In this document: positions 25,187-39,948 of the stretch, in pieces
Numbering within the stretch: the first letter of the stretch is position 1
Layout of the letters: every line of letters starts with the position of its first letter
From: Eledone cirrhosa
Taxonomy: Eukaryota
Length of the DNA stretch: 64,000 nt
Assembly (NCBI GenBank): GCA_964016885.1
Contig: OZ024741.1
Coordinates: 252,402,001-252,466,000, forward strand
Direction of reading: 5' to 3'
The notes under the pieces: generated by a model
What the model saw: the letters and a program-made list of their open reading frames with translations, nothing else
Told to the model about the DNA's origin: nothing
Database searches by the model: none
Position numbers and translations under genes: made by a program

Positions 25187-26336
25187 CTGAAACAGAGAAA
25201 ACAACATATAGCATCCAACAAATCATTGAATATTACATTTTATGTCTGACGTACAATGTCTGACAGAGAATATATCTAGTCAATATATGGCATGTTTTAG
25301 GATTGGTTGAAAGGACTCGTCAGTCACGAGATGACAACCTCTCTAGTGTTAGTACCATAGAGAACACACCCAATATATCCTGTGAGGTGGTTGGTAATAG
25401 GAAGGGCATCTGGCTGTACAAGTCATGGCATAAATGTCTGGAGAGGACACTTCCATTGTGTCATGGACAATCCCAGATTCTGATTTTTACCTAGAATATA
25501 CACTTATCAGTATATGTGACTCTCTCTTCTGATTCATCTGAAGTTGCAAAGTATGAGCCTAATCTCTCTATTACAGACATTTTAAGAAATAACCGTACAT
25601 TCTACCTACACTAGATATTTTATAAAATATTCTTAAATTCAACCTCCAAATAAAATATTTTAAGAAACAGTCTTACACTTCATATCGATGACAGACGTTT
25701 TAAGAATTAGACTTACACCATAATCACTACAATTATGTTAAAAAACAACACTACATTCCACCTTTGGTAGATATTTTAGGAAATAGTCTGACACTCAACA
25801 TCCACTTGAAATATATTGAGGAAAAGTCTTACATACCATAATCTCTACAGATATTTCACATAATAGTTTTACGCTCCCTATCTATTACAGATATTTTAAC
25901 ACATAGTCTTCAACTACACTTTAGATATTCTAATAGTCTTACACTCCATCATCATCAGAGATATTTTAAAAAACAACACTACACCCTACTTTCACTACAT
26001 TTAGTTTATGGGTTAAGCCCCCAACAGTTCACGGCATTCATTTTCAGTTGACTACACTGGTGCAACGTGAAATGGTGTGTTTTTCACTTTCAATTAACTA
26101 AAAGAAAAACATTCACTCCAACTTCACTATTCTAAAAAATATTCAGGCACATCACTTCAGGTGAGAACGAACAAACAACTGAAACATTGAAAGTTGTTAC
26201 AAGTGTTAGGACATCACTATACAATACAAACTTCCAATGGTGGTTTTAAGTGATGATGATCATGATACATGTAACAATAGATTTGGTGGTGATAGATAAA
26301 AGTTGTTGGATATATAATATATGAAATATAACTTAC

Positions 26337-28766
26337 CAATATTGTATTTGGAGGACTCTTCTCCAGGGTACCTGTGTCTATCCATTCACTCTGGGATTCA
26401 TACTGGGGGTAAATATCTCCCTGACATTCTATATACTGGATGTTTCTATTATTCAAATCTGTAGAATACCTCACTGGGGTACCAGGAACACTGCTGTTGC
26501 TGCTCTGACATGGTAAAGGTTGATCAATTCTGTTACATATAGCTGACCGATCAACACCCCTCCTAGTGGCCTTTGTAGATTGAGACTGACCACTGCTACA
26601 TTTCAAAATACACAGTGTGATGGACACTACAATGACTACAGCCACTATTACAGCTGCTACTATAATTATAATTAATATTGGTATATCAAATATTTTGTTC
26701 TTTAACTGGACAGTGGTCATCTGTGGTGCTGTTGTCTTATTGGTGACCTTTAATGATAAAGACACAGTAGTTGTGGCTGACATCACTGGGGTACCAGAAT
26801 CCTTGACCGCAAGTACCAGTTGATATGAGCCAACTTCATTGAGATGAGGTGGACGTGAGAAAGACATTTGACCAGTAAAAGAGTTCAGTGTAAACAACTG
26901 TTTATTATTACCATCAAGTATTCCATATTTGAGGAAGGCATTTAAATGACTGTCTCTATCAGTGGCTTTAATCACAGTGATGGCATTGGTACTTTGTGGA
27001 TGGTAGTGGACATTGATATGGAATGGGTCAGTTGTAGGGTAGATAAAATATGGACTATTGTCATTTCTGTCTAAAACCTCAATAACAACATTGGCTGTAT
27101 TATTCAATGATGGTTGACCATTGTCTTTGACGAATACTTCAAATTTATACATGTCTTCTTCTTCTCTATCTAATGGTATGTTACTGGTAATAAAACCATA
27201 GTCACTCACCTTAAATGGTATATTATTTCTGTCTTTACTTAATACTGAGTAAGTCAGTTGACCAGCACTTCTTAGGTCTGGGTCAGTGGCATTAATAAAA
27301 CCTATAGGAAAGTTAGCTTTACCATTCTCATAAGTAAGGAAGTGGAATTTATCTTTGGTAAATTGTGGTTTCACATCATTTACATCCATTACTTCAATAG
27401 AAATCTTTCTCTCTGTCTTTAAAGGAGGACTTCCATTATCTTCACATACAAGTTTCATGCTAAAATGGTCCGATGTTTCTCTGTCAAGTGATTTCTTCAA
27501 AATAATTTTATATTCTTTGGATTCTAAATGTGCAAGGACAACTTTATCATGTTTTAAATTACAAGTCACCTCTCCATTCTCTCCTACATCATTGTCCACC
27601 ACATTGATATAAGCTATATAACTGCCCACTTCAGTTCCTTCATAAATTGCTGCTGTGTCCTCCTTTAGTTCAGACACAAAATTTATCCTAATTTCTGGAG
27701 CATGGTTCTCTTCATTAAGTATATTGACTCGTACCATTGCAAAGGAATTTAATGAGGGATTCCCACCATCTTTTGCCTCTACATATAACTTGAGAATATT
27801 CTTTTTTTGTGATGTAAAGTGTTTTTTTACAAACAATTCTCCTATCTGATGATTTATTTTAAAATAGCCTCTTGTGCGTCCTGGAGTTTTTGAACTGATA
27901 TAGTAAGTAACTTGACCATTCTGTCCAGAATCTGGGTCTTTCGCTGACAATGTCACAATAGGAATATCATTAGCCTGTGTATTTTTGATGGAAATATTGT
28001 AGATATGTTTTGAAAAAACTGGTGAGTTATCATTAACATCAATTATTGTTATATGAACATGTAAAATTCCTTGTTTTGGAGGTTGTCCACCATCTTTAGC
28101 TATCACTTCTAAATTATAACTATCCTTTAGTTCCCTATCTAGTTTGTCTCCCAGAACAATTCCTATTTTAGCTCCACCTGTGATAGTTTTCCTCACAGAT
28201 AATATAAATGGTTCATTGAATTTTTTCTTCATTTTATATGTAATTTCTGAGTTTTCCATTCTGATATCTTTGTCAATGGCTTCTGGTATTAATCTTTCTG
28301 CTCCTTCCCGGTCTTCTTCATTGAATAAAATTTTCACTTCAGTTTTAGGAAACTCTGGGCTGTGATCATTGATGTCTTGTATAATGACTTTAACTTTTAT
28401 GATTTTCAAAAATGTCTTCCTTTTATGTACAGCAACTTTGATGTATCTAAAACAATCTGATTCATATGTACACAGTTCCTCAGCATCAAGTGTTTGTGCA
28501 GTGTACAGTTTACCATCTTTTGTGACATTAAACAGGTGTGAATCTTCTGTCCATTGCTGTTGTATTTGGTTATATGTGATGAAGTTATTTTCTACAAGTG
28601 AGGCACTATTCTCCATCTGTGTGTCAGCAGCAATATCCCCAACAAATGTAAAGGGACTACTTTCTTCTTCTACATGGTAGCTCAGATCAACACAAACACA
28701 ACTGTGTAATAATAGACTGAGGACATTGGCAAGTAAGTATGTATTCCACACACAGTCTACTTCCAT
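26337..28766 (-). CDS. Protocadherin C, large coding exon (810 codons)
   Basis: Intact paralog with a one-codon deletion before the TM (QLKNKIF). Exon starts at 28799. Donor at 26337/26336. Confidence 0.96.
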
Positions 28767-28984
28767 CACAGAATATTAAAGCATATCTTCTAGTTTTATC
28801 TGAAATTACAGAAAAAAAAAAAAATTTTTTTTCGAGATAATTCACTGAATGTTTGTGTTTATATAAACAACCCCTTGTTAAAATACATTAAAAGATGCAA
28901 AGTGAAAATTTAACCATAGTATAATGTATGTAATAATGCTTAATATAGACATAAAATAGATCATATATCTGAAATATTAATGGT

Positions 28985-29170
28985 AGGTAAGCTATGCCAA
29001 CCAGACTCAAGCAGGTGTGAAACTTAAATGCACAATGTGTGGTATGGCATCTAAGTCACATCCTGGTTTGATATGCCATCTAAGGCGGCATCAGCAGCTA
29101 CAACTCCAATAACATAAATTTGGAATTGACTATATGAGCCATACTCAGACATGAGTAGGCTTTCCACTAT
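28985..29170 (+). mobile_element. LINE 3'-end remnant with C2H2 finger (copies near 38730, 48130 and, partly deleted, 57000)
   Basis: 29029-29112 reads CTMCGMASKSHPGLICHLRRHQQLQLQ*. Downstream GCCATACTCAGACATGAGTAGGC resembles the tail hairpin of 40788-41396. Absent in units A and B. Confidence 0.6.
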
Positions 29171-30282
29171 ATATGTCTGTATGTATGTCTCTGTATATAT
29201 GTAATCATTTATGGAATAACAGTTAAGGAGAGAGACGATCTGTTTGATATGATTAAAAGAATATAATCTATCATGACAAAAAACTTCATGAACAAACTCA
29301 AGGTAGTTGAGAACATAAGGATTAACACTATTTGATGTGATAACAATTTTCATAAATTATTAGTCAATGTTTACTGTATATGTGTGTATGGGTAGTGTAT
29401 AATTTTGTGAAGGTATATAAGATGAATATATGTTGTGATAGGTAATTCAGATGATACAATTTATATGATAAATGAAATACTTAAAGCATTTGAAGAGGAT
29501 TAGTTTTTTTAATAAAATATATATAATATGAACTTTAAGCATTTCTTTTTCCATCCGGTAAATTATTATGATCAATATATTCATGGGAGATAACTATGGT
29601 TATAGTGTGTAGTTATTCTAATTATCTCCCTTAATTTAACGTATATTTCTAATCTATCATCTTTTATAGATCCGTCAGAAATTGTGGGTTGTAATAATGA
29701 ATTTAACACTATAAATAAACCTTGGCTGTTTAAAGATAAATAATGAAACAGTTTTAGATTTCCATTTTTAAAATCAGATTCAAAGAAACGAAGATGAATA
29801 CTAAATAACGATGTAAGTGTGTGTGGTATTGTGTGATAAGTTACAGTATGTCTGGTATTACATCATATATTAAGAGAAAGAACATCTCTTAATGTGATAT
29901 TGTGAGTACAGTATGTCTGGATATCACAACATATGTTAAGAGATGCTACATAATATATGTGATATTGTTATAGATACAGTATATCTGGATATTTCATTAT
30001 ATATTAAGAGATATAAAATAATATATATCAATGTGATATTGTGTGATAATGTACAGTATGTCTAGATATTACAACATATATTAAGAGAAAGAACATAATA
30101 AAGGTGAGAGTGATGATATGTTGTATGTCTGTATTGATACTCTTCTACGTTAAAAACAATTGTCATTTAATAAATAAATTAATTTTATATATTAATAAAA
30201 TTTCAAATTTACCAAATATTCCAGATTTACAAAACAGGATTATTTCTTATTTTATTTCAAGTGAGATAATATGAAAACTTAC

Positions 30283-30309
30283 CAAAAGTGGGAAATATAA
30301 GACATCAAA
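30283..30309 (-). other. Putative 27-nt 5'UTR micro-exon of gene C
   Basis: Same splice sites. One-base deletion (TTTGATG), which argues against a coding role. Confidence 0.7.
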
Positions 30310-31710
30310 CTGAATGAGAAAACTTTCTTGAGTTGAACATTTCAAGTCATCCCATTTTGATAACAACAGAAGAATCTGTCAGTTGTCTCCTGTATCCAAT
30401 AGTAACAGACCTGGTCATCAATATATTGGTCCTTTCCATCAAATGTGACCCTAAAATATACCAAAATATAACAACACTATTGAATTAGAGTAAAGAAAAG
30501 AGAATGAAATAGTTTTAACAGAAATATCTCTACATCTCTCCCTGTCCCTCTTTCTCCGTCTCTCTCTTTCTACACACACACACACATATATATATATACA
30601 CATACATACATACATACATACATACATACATCCATCCAAACATACATACATATGTGTGTGAGTCCCAGGTTCAATTGGGAGTAACCAGAATAAGTAAGGT
30701 ACTCAATACTCAATGTTTAATATGTTTAAGATAGAAATGCCTTCTACAGGACTATAACTGTTTCATATATATAAATTTACAAATGTTAAAAGTCAAAATA
30801 TGTGTATATATAATTTATATATAACACTCTAAACTGTAAATATAAAAATTCTAGCTAATTCATGGTAACAATGGACATTTAACTCCTAATTAGGTCACAG
30901 AGGTGCCATAATGATATACAGCCCATCCCTCCTCAGCTCTGATTCCTTCCAGAGTAAGAGAGAGAGAGAAAAGGAGTAAGAGATATATATATGAAGAATC
31001 TATCATAGTACTGGACTTGAATATTATTTAGTGACCTCAAAAGTATAAAAGCTAAAGATGATCTTTGCAGGATTTAAACACAGGGACGAGATATCCATAA
31101 GAAATATTGCAAGTTATTCTATCCAATACTTTAGCATCTCTGCCAATTCAGCAGGGATTTAATTCAGATCCCAGAGAGCCAAGACAAATAAGACAAAATA
31201 TTCTATTTGATATTCAAACAGCACTGCTATGTATTTCCCTAAAACTGAAATGTACTACACTGTACTAGATAATAAATTATGAATAATGAGAAAACAATAT
31301 ATATATCTTGTAAAGACAAAATGGAGATTTACTGTCAGCAATGTTGTTTAGTTACACAAGCTACACATACAATTTTAACTACCAAACAATATAAAGTATG
31401 AAGTAAAAGATGTGATGAAAGTTATATCAAAATTGTAAGATCAATGTCGTTTCACAATTATCAGAGAAAAACAAAAAATACGAATCAGTTTGTCAGAGTT
31501 ATAATCCGTGTTGATAAGGGAATTGAACTTTCAGTAAACAACTCAGACAAGTTGTGTGAACAGATATAATGGCTTTCTATTCATTATATATATAATCCAT
31601 CTAAAAAATAACGGTATATCCTTCAATATGTCTGATAATATTCTCAATATACAACAATATATCTAACAGATGTTTATCAATATCATCATTATTATTATTA
31701 TTATTATTAT

Positions 31711-32224
31711 AGTTGCATTTATCTTGCTTTATGTTCATAAGAGTTATCACCAAGTCACAACCAGTGACCTCAAGAGACAACAAGGTCGCCATGTTCAAGA
31801 ATGAACATACATACACACGCATGCATCTTTAGGTGTTTAGACTTGTGATGTACTTATATTGACAGAATCCTCCTTAGTATATGGGCAGTTCCCATTAGTA
31901 CTATCTTTTGTATTTCTCCTATACGCGGGTTTCCTGGGATTTGCAATAAGTAATAATTATACCCCTTAGGTATCATTCCTAGAGCACCTACAACCATTGG
32001 TATTGTTTTAGTTCTCAATTTCCACATTTTTCCAATTTCTATCTCCAGGTCCTTATACTTGCTCAATTTTTCAAATGTTTTTATAGTTAGATTCTTGTAT
32101 ATTGGAACGGACATATCAATTAGCAGGCATACCCTCTTTTTAAAGTCCTTCAGTATTATATCAGGTCTATTTTTCGGTCTGTTTGGATGCTAAAGTTCCA
32201 CAAGATTGAGATGTGACCTTTTTC
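31711..32224 (-). mobile_element. 3' fragment of a non-LTR retrotransposon with restriction-like endonuclease (R4/Dong-like)
   Basis: Translation RPDIILKD...CLLIDMSVP...EKLSKYKDLEIEI...PMVVGALG...GTAHILRRIL fits the PD-D RLE domain. Flanked on both sides by (TTA)n. Present only in this unit. Confidence 0.8.
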
Positions 32225-32255
<31 letters not shown>

Positions 32256-32972
32256 GAATGACTAATACACACATATATTAGAGAATCAATATCCACTTAA
32301 ATGGACATATATGTCGTTGTCTTTAATAATACACCAATATATACATTTTAGACAATAAATTTCTCTCAGAATTTGTCATACAACAATGTCTGACATCAGC
32401 ATGATATCTGCTGCTCTGTAATTATAGATTCATTAAGATGTCTTCCTATATTTTGTTAAGATATTTCTACAATGTTCTGAAAACATCATTTAAGATATGA
32501 CACAATATATATATAAAATATTACTTTAGAAATATTTCTGCTATATATATATAAAGATAATGTGATTAGAATGTCTATAGAAAGTATAGACGTGAAATAA
32601 TATACTTTAGCAAACATGGTGTAAAGGCAGGATGTTGTGAAGACAAAATGGAGATTTACTGTCATATATGTTGTTTAGTTAGACAAGCTACACACATAAT
32701 TTTAACTACCAAACAATAGCATAAAATAAAATAATATTTATTAACTGCATTAATATATAAGAAGTATATTTCTAACACTGAATTGAGAAAAATGTAATAA
32801 TAGGTTAGTATTTTATAGTAATATGTATCTTATATGTGGAACATCAGTTGATGGTATTTCTCAGTGATAGAAATGGTCTTTTATAAATCTCTTTTAATAA
32901 TTTCTTACATGTTATATTTTCACACATTATATTAAAGATGAACTATGTGAATAAAACAAGATGTACACTTAC

Positions 32973-33469
32973 CTCCATTGTCTCATCCATAATCTATGTC
33001 TGTGTATGATACTCTGTGTTAGTGTGTCTGTGGTAGTAGTAGAGAGAGGGATCACAAGATGTAACTACTACTACTACTGTTGTTGTTACTGCTATTGTTG
33101 TTGTTACTGTTGGTATTGTTGTTGTTATTGCTTCTGTTGTTACTGGTGCAGTTGTTACTGCTGCTGTTATTGCTACTGTTGTTTTTTTTTCTGCTGCTCT
33201 TATTATTATTAATGTTGTTACTGCTGCTGTGTTACTGCTGCTGTTGTTACAGATACTGTTGTTACTGCTGTTGTTACATATACTGTTGTTGCTGCTGCTG
33301 TTCTTATTGCTGCTGTTTTTACTGTTGTTGTTATTGTTATTACTGCTGCTGTTTCCCTGCTGCAGCAGTCTACTACACACACACAATATTACTACACATA
33401 TTCTACAGTATACTCCAATGATGTGTCGAGCACTGTACACAATAATTTCATTATTATTATAAGAGAGCT
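32973..33469 (-). other. Putative leader exon 1 of gene C
   Basis: Donor at 32973/32972. Confidence 0.55.
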
Positions 33470-34564
33470 GTATAGTCTGTGTAGTGTATAGTCTATATAT
33501 GAGTTCTAGATTCATCATGTACAGTGTAACAATGGTGTGTAGTATACATTTTTACATGTGGAATTTAGATATATTTTGTGTTGTACAAATATATGATGTT
33601 TTGAATTACATGGAATATCACTCCACGTTCTGTTCCTTATATATAACAAAATATGGAGTGATATTCATGTAATCTAATACACACACACTCACACATATAT
33701 ATGAACAAATTTATGTGTATATGTATTTAAGTACATCACACACACATTTATATATATATCATGATTATATATATATATATAAACTCCTGTCTTTCTCATT
33801 CAAGCATGGAGAAGAGGATGTGAAAATGATGATATATATATACATATATATATCAGAATGGAGGTGGTAAAAACCAGTTAGACAATTACTCACCAGATAT
33901 CTATATATGTATATATATATATATATATCAGTTAGATCATAACTCACCAGATTACTCGACACTTGTACCAGTGTGGGTAATATGAAAAGTTTAAGGACTT
34001 GGACGGCTGAGCTCAAGCTGTTTTGGCAGCTGGGTCTGAACAGAATTCAGCTCTTGCTGTTGAAATGGCAGGAGTTCAACCATCGGGGTCGCACATTTTT
34101 TACATCCACTTTTCTATGCTTGCATGAGTTGGGCAGGAATATACATATATATATATATATATATCAGCTCTTGCTGTTGAAATGGCAGGAGCTCAGCCAT
34201 TGGTGTCACAATTTTTTTCATATATATATATCATCGGTTTTACATCCACTTTTCAATGCTCGCATGAGTTAGGAAGGAATGCATGTGTGTATATATATAT
34301 ATATAGCCTTAAAACATGGTATGTACCCGTTATAATATCCAGATTGACAGTACAATAATCATATCAGTTTATGTGTAGGGGTACCTGTGTGCATGTATGT
34401 GTGTGTTTATGTATATGTTTATGTGTGTCTATGTATCTATAGTATATGTCTGTGAAAATGTCTTCATAGAATGCCCCAGAATGATAAGATCCTGACACAA
34501 TGGTGCACAGACTTTCTCTCTTTCTCTTTGTTACAATTTCTGTTCCTCTGGTAGAAATGTGGTT

Positions 34565-34588
34565 TTATTTTTTAACTCTTGTTGGTAA
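34565..34588 (-). CDS. Putative terminal coding exon of gene D (LPTRVKK*)
   Basis: Same acceptor and coding segment. Confidence 0.6.
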   Translation of the reverse strand, partial: LPTRVKK

Positions 34589-36074
34589 CTGAAACAGAGA
34601 AAACAACATATAGCATCCAACAAATCATTGAATATTACATTTTATGTCTGACGTACAATGTCTGACAGAATATATTTAGTCAATAAATGGCATGTTTTAG
34701 GATTGGTTGAAAGGACTCTTCAGTCACAAGATGACAACCTCTCTAGTGTTAGTACCATAGAGAACACACCCAATATATCCTGTGAGGTGGTTGGTAATAG
34801 GAAGGGCATGTGGCCTTACAAGCCATGGCATAAATGTCTTGAGCGAACTCTTCAATTGTGTCATGGACAATCCCAGATTCTCACTTTAAGCTAGACTATA
34901 CAGTTGTCAGTGTATGTGGCTCTCTCTTCTGACTCATCTGAAGTTGCAAAATATGGGCCTATTCTCTCACTACAGACATTTTGAAATAGCCTTACACTCC
35001 ACCTCAATTACAGATTTTAAAACCATAGTCTTACACTCACTGATGATCACTAGAGTTATTTTAAGACACAACCCTACATTCTACCTACACTAGATATTTT
35101 ATAAACTAGTCTTAAACTCAACCTCGAAATGAAATATTATAAGAAATAATCTTACACTTCATATCGATTACAGATATTTTAAGAATTAAACTTACACCAT
35201 AATCACTACAATTATGTTAAAAAACAACACTACATTCCACCTTTGTAGATATCTTATGAAATAGTCTGACAAAGAAAATTCTTACATTCCATCTTCTATA
35301 CAGATATTTCAAGAAATAATTTTACACTCCCTATCTTTTACAGATATTTTAACAAATAGTCTTCAAATTCTAATAGTCTTATATTTTAAGAAACAATACT
35401 ACACTTTACCTTCACTACATTTAATTTAACAAATAGTCTTAAACACCGTCCCCACCTCTCAAAAGATATTGTAAGAAATAGTTTTATTCAATTATTTTAA
35501 GAAGCATCATTACACTCTAAATTCACTAAAGTCTGTCTCAAGTCAGAAGGCTTACGAAGGTGGTTCATATTGCAGTTTCATGGCGTGATGTGACAGAGTA
35601 CAAGACACTCTCTTGGACAAGACACCTGTCCATCACAGTGGTAATCCCCCAGCTGTTGTAGGTACTCATTTTCAGCTGAGTATACTGCAGCAACATGAAA
35701 TGGTGTGTTTTGTTTAAGAACATAACAGGCAACCCAGGCCAGGAATCAAACCCATGATATTATGATTGTTAGCCCAATACCCTTACCACTAGGCCTCCAC
35801 TTCAATAGAAATACATTAATAAATATTCTTTCCCTTGCAATTCACTAAAAGATAACATTCACTCCATCTTAACTAGAGGTATTCTAAACAATATTCTCAC
35901 ACATCACTTCAGGTGAGAACAAACAACTGAAACATTGAAAGTTGTTTACAAGTGTTAGGACATCACTATACATTACAAACTTCCAATAGTGGTTTTGAGT
36001 TGTGATACATATAACAATAGATTTGGTGGTGATATATAAAACTGATGAATACATAATGTGTAAATATAACTTAC

Positions 36075-38507
36075 CAATATTGTATTTGGTGGACTCTTCT
36101 CCAGGGTACCTGTGTCTATCCATTCACTCTGGGATTCATACTGGGGGTAAAAATCTCTCTGACATTCTATATACTGGATGTTTCTATTATTCAAATCTGT
36201 AGAATACCTCACTGGGGTACCAGGAACACTGCTGTTGTTGCTCTGACATGGTAAAGGTTGATCAATTCTGTTACATATAGCTGACCGATCAACACCTCTC
36301 CTAGTGGCCTTTGTAGATTGAGACTGACCACTGCTACATTTCAAAATACACAGTGTAATGGACACTACAATGACTACAGCCACTATTACAGCTGCTACTA
36401 TAATTATAATTAATATTGGTATATCAAATAGTTTGTTCTTCTCTAACTGAACAGTGGTCATCTGTGGTGATGATGTCTTGTTAGTGACCTTTAATGATAA
36501 AGACACAGTAGTTGTGGCTGACATCACTGGGGTACCAGAATCCTTGACCACAAGTACCAGTTGATATGAGCCAACTTCATTGAGATGAGGTGGACGTGAG
36601 AAAGACATTTGACCAGTAAAAGAGTTCAGTGTAAACAACTGTTTATTATTACCATCAAGTATTCCATATTTGAGGAAGGCATTTAAATGACTGTCTCTAT
36701 CAGTGGCTTTAATCACAGTGATGGCATTGGTACTTTGTGGATGGTAGTGGACATTGATATGGAATGGGTCAGTTGTAGGGTAGATAAAATATGGACTATT
36801 GTCATTTCTGTCTAAAACCTCAATAACAACATTGGCTGTATTATTCAATGATGGTTGACCATTGTCTTTGACAAATACTTCAAATTTATACATGTCTTCT
36901 TCTTCTCTATCTAATGGTATGTTACTGGTAATAAAACCATAGTCACTCACCTTAAATGGTATATTATTTCTGTCTTTACTAAATATTGAGTAAGTTAGTT
37001 GACCAGCCCTTCCTAGGTCAGGGTCAGTGGCATTTATAAAACCTATAGGAAAGTTAGCTTTACCATTCTCATAAGTAAGGAAGTGGAATTTGTCTTTGGT
37101 AAATTGTGGCTTCACATCATTCACATCCATTACTTCAATAGAAATCTTTCTCTCTGCCTTTAAAGGAGGACTTCCATTGTCTTCACATACGAGTTTCATG
37201 CTAAAATGGTCCAATGTTTCTCTGTCAAGTGATTTCTTCAAAGTAATTTTATATTCCTTTGATTCTAAATGTGAGAGGACAACTTTATCATGTTTTAAAT
37301 TACAAGTTACCTCTCCATTCTCTCCTACATCATTGTCCACTACATTGACATAAGCTATATAACTGCCCACTTCAGTTCCTTCATAAATTGTTGCTGTATC
37401 CTTCTTTAGTTCAGACACAAAATTTATCCTAATTTCTGGAGCATGGTTCTCTTCATTAAGTATATTGACTCGTACCATTGCTAAGGAATTTAATGAGGGA
37501 TTCCCACCATCTCTTGCCTCTACATATAATTTGAGAATATTCTTTGTTTGTGATGTAAAATGTTTTTTTACAAATAATTCTCCTGTTTGATGGTCTATTT
37601 TAAAGTAACTACCAGTGCGCCCTGGAGTTTTTGAACTGATATAATAAGTAACTTGACCATTCTGTCCAGAATCTGGGTCTTTGGCTGACAATGTTACAAT
37701 AGGAATATCATTAGCATATGTATTTTTGATGGAAATATTGTAGATATGTTTTGAAAAAACTGGTGAGTTATCATTAACATCAATTATTGTTATATGAACA
37801 TGTAAAATTCCTTGTTTTGGAGGTTGTCCTCCATCTTTAGCTATCACTTCTAGATTGTAACTATCTTTTAGTTCCCTATCTAACTTCTCTCCCAGAATAA
37901 TTCCTATTTTAGCTCCCCCCGTGATAGTTTTCCTAACAGACAATATAAATGGTTCATTGAATTTTTTCTTCAATTTGTATGTAATTTCTGAGTTCTCTAT
38001 TCCAATATCTTTATCAAAGGCATCTGGTATTAACTCTTCAGCACCTTCACCATCTCGCTCATCAAATGTAAATTCTACCTTTTTCTGTGGAAACTCAGGG
38101 CTATGGTCATTGATGTCTTGTATAATGACTTTAACTTTTATGATTTTCAAAAATGTCTTCCTTTTATGTACAGCAACTTTGATGTATCTAAAACAATCTG
38201 ACTCATATGTACATAGTTCCTCAGCATCAAGTGTTTGTGCAGTGTACAGTTTACCATCTTTTGTGACATTAAACAGGTGTGAATCTTCTGTCCATTGCTG
38301 TTGTATTTGGTTATATGTGATGAAGTTATTTTCTACAAGTGAGGCACTATTCTCCATCTGTGTGTCAGCAGCAATATCCCCAACAAATATAAAGGGACTA
38401 CTTTCTTCTTCTACATGGTAGCTCAGATCAACACAGACACAACTGTGTAATAATAGACTGAGGACATTGGCAAGTAAGTATGTATTCCACAAACAGTCTA
38501 CTTCCAT
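36075..38507 (-). CDS. Protocadherin D, large coding exon (811 codons)
   Basis: Intact paralog. Exon starts at 38540. Donor at 36075/36074. Confidence 0.96.
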
Positions 38508-39467
38508 CACAGAATATTAAATCATATCTTCTGTCTTTATCTGAAATTACAGGAAAAAATATAAATTTTCTTTCAAGATAATTGACTGAATGTTTGTGTT
38601 TATATTAACAACCCCTTGTTAAAATACATTAAAAGATGCAAAGTAAAAATTTAACCATAGGATAATGTATGTAATAATGCTTAATATAGACATAAAATAG
38701 ATCAGATATCTGAAATATTAATGGTAGATAAACCATGCCAACGAGACTCAAGCAGGTGTGAAACTTAAATGCACAATGTGTGGTATGGTATCTAAGTCAC
38801 ATCCTGGTTTGATATGCCATCTAAGGCGGCATCAGCAGCTGCAACTCCAATAACATAAGTTTGGAATTGACTATATGAGCCATACCCAGATATGAGTATG
38901 CTTTCCACTATATATGTCTGTATGTATGTCTCTGTATATATGTATGTAATCATGTATGGAATAACAGTTAAGGGGAGAGACGATCTGTTTGATATGATTG
39001 AAAGAATATAGTCATGACAAAAAACTTCATGAACAACTCAAAGTAGTTGAGAACATAAGGATTAACACTATTTGATGTGATGACAATTTTCATAAATTAT
39101 TAGTCAATGTTTACTGTATATGTGTGTATGGGTAAGTATATAATTTTATGAAGGTATATAAGATGAATATATGTTGTGATAGGTAATTCAGATGATACAA
39201 TTTATATGATAAATGAAATACTTCAAGCATTTGCAATGGATTAGTTTGTTTTTTTTCAATAAAATAACATGAAATTCGAGCAGTTCTTTTCCCATACTTA
39301 TTCATGGGAGATAACTATGTTTATAGTGTGTAGTTACCCTAATTATCTCCCTTAATCTAACATAGCTTTCTAATCTATCATCTTTTATATAGATTTGCCT
39401 GAAATTGTGGGTTGTAATAATGAATTTAACACTATAAATAAACCTTTGCTGTTTAAAGGTAAATAAT

Positions 39468-39655
39468 TGTTTCTACGTTAGGCACAAGGCCAGCAATAAC
39501 CCAGTGTATTACTGGTACTTTATTTTATCGACCCCGTAAGGATGAAAGGCAAAGTTAACCTCGGCGGGATTTGAACTCAGAATGGCAAGGGCCGTAACTC
39601 TATGCGTCAAAGCATGGCGTCCGACCCTCTACCAATACTGCCAATCCACCGCCCT
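39468..39655 (-). mobile_element. SINE (Nin/Deu-like central domain), copy 1
   Basis: Minus strand shows a TGGCAGTATTGG A-box-like motif, a GAGTTCAAATCC B box and GCCTTTCATCCTTACGGGGTCGATAAA. Flanked by a ~16-bp imperfect duplication TTTAA(A/T)GGTAAATAAT. Absent from sister units. Confidence 0.8.
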
Positions 39656-39948
39656 TTTAATGGTAAATAATGAAACAGTTTCAGATTTCCATTTTTCACT
39701 CAGATTCAAAGAAACGAAGATGAATACTAAATAACGATGTAAGTGTGTGTGGTATTGTGTGATAAATTACAGTATGTCTGGTATTACATCATATATTAAG
39801 AGAAAGAACATCTCTTAATGTGATATTGTGAGTACATTATGTCTGGATATCACAACATATGTTAAGAGATGCAACATAATATATGTGATATTGTTATAGG
39901 TACAGTATATCTGGATATTTCATTATATATTAAGAGATATAAAATAAT

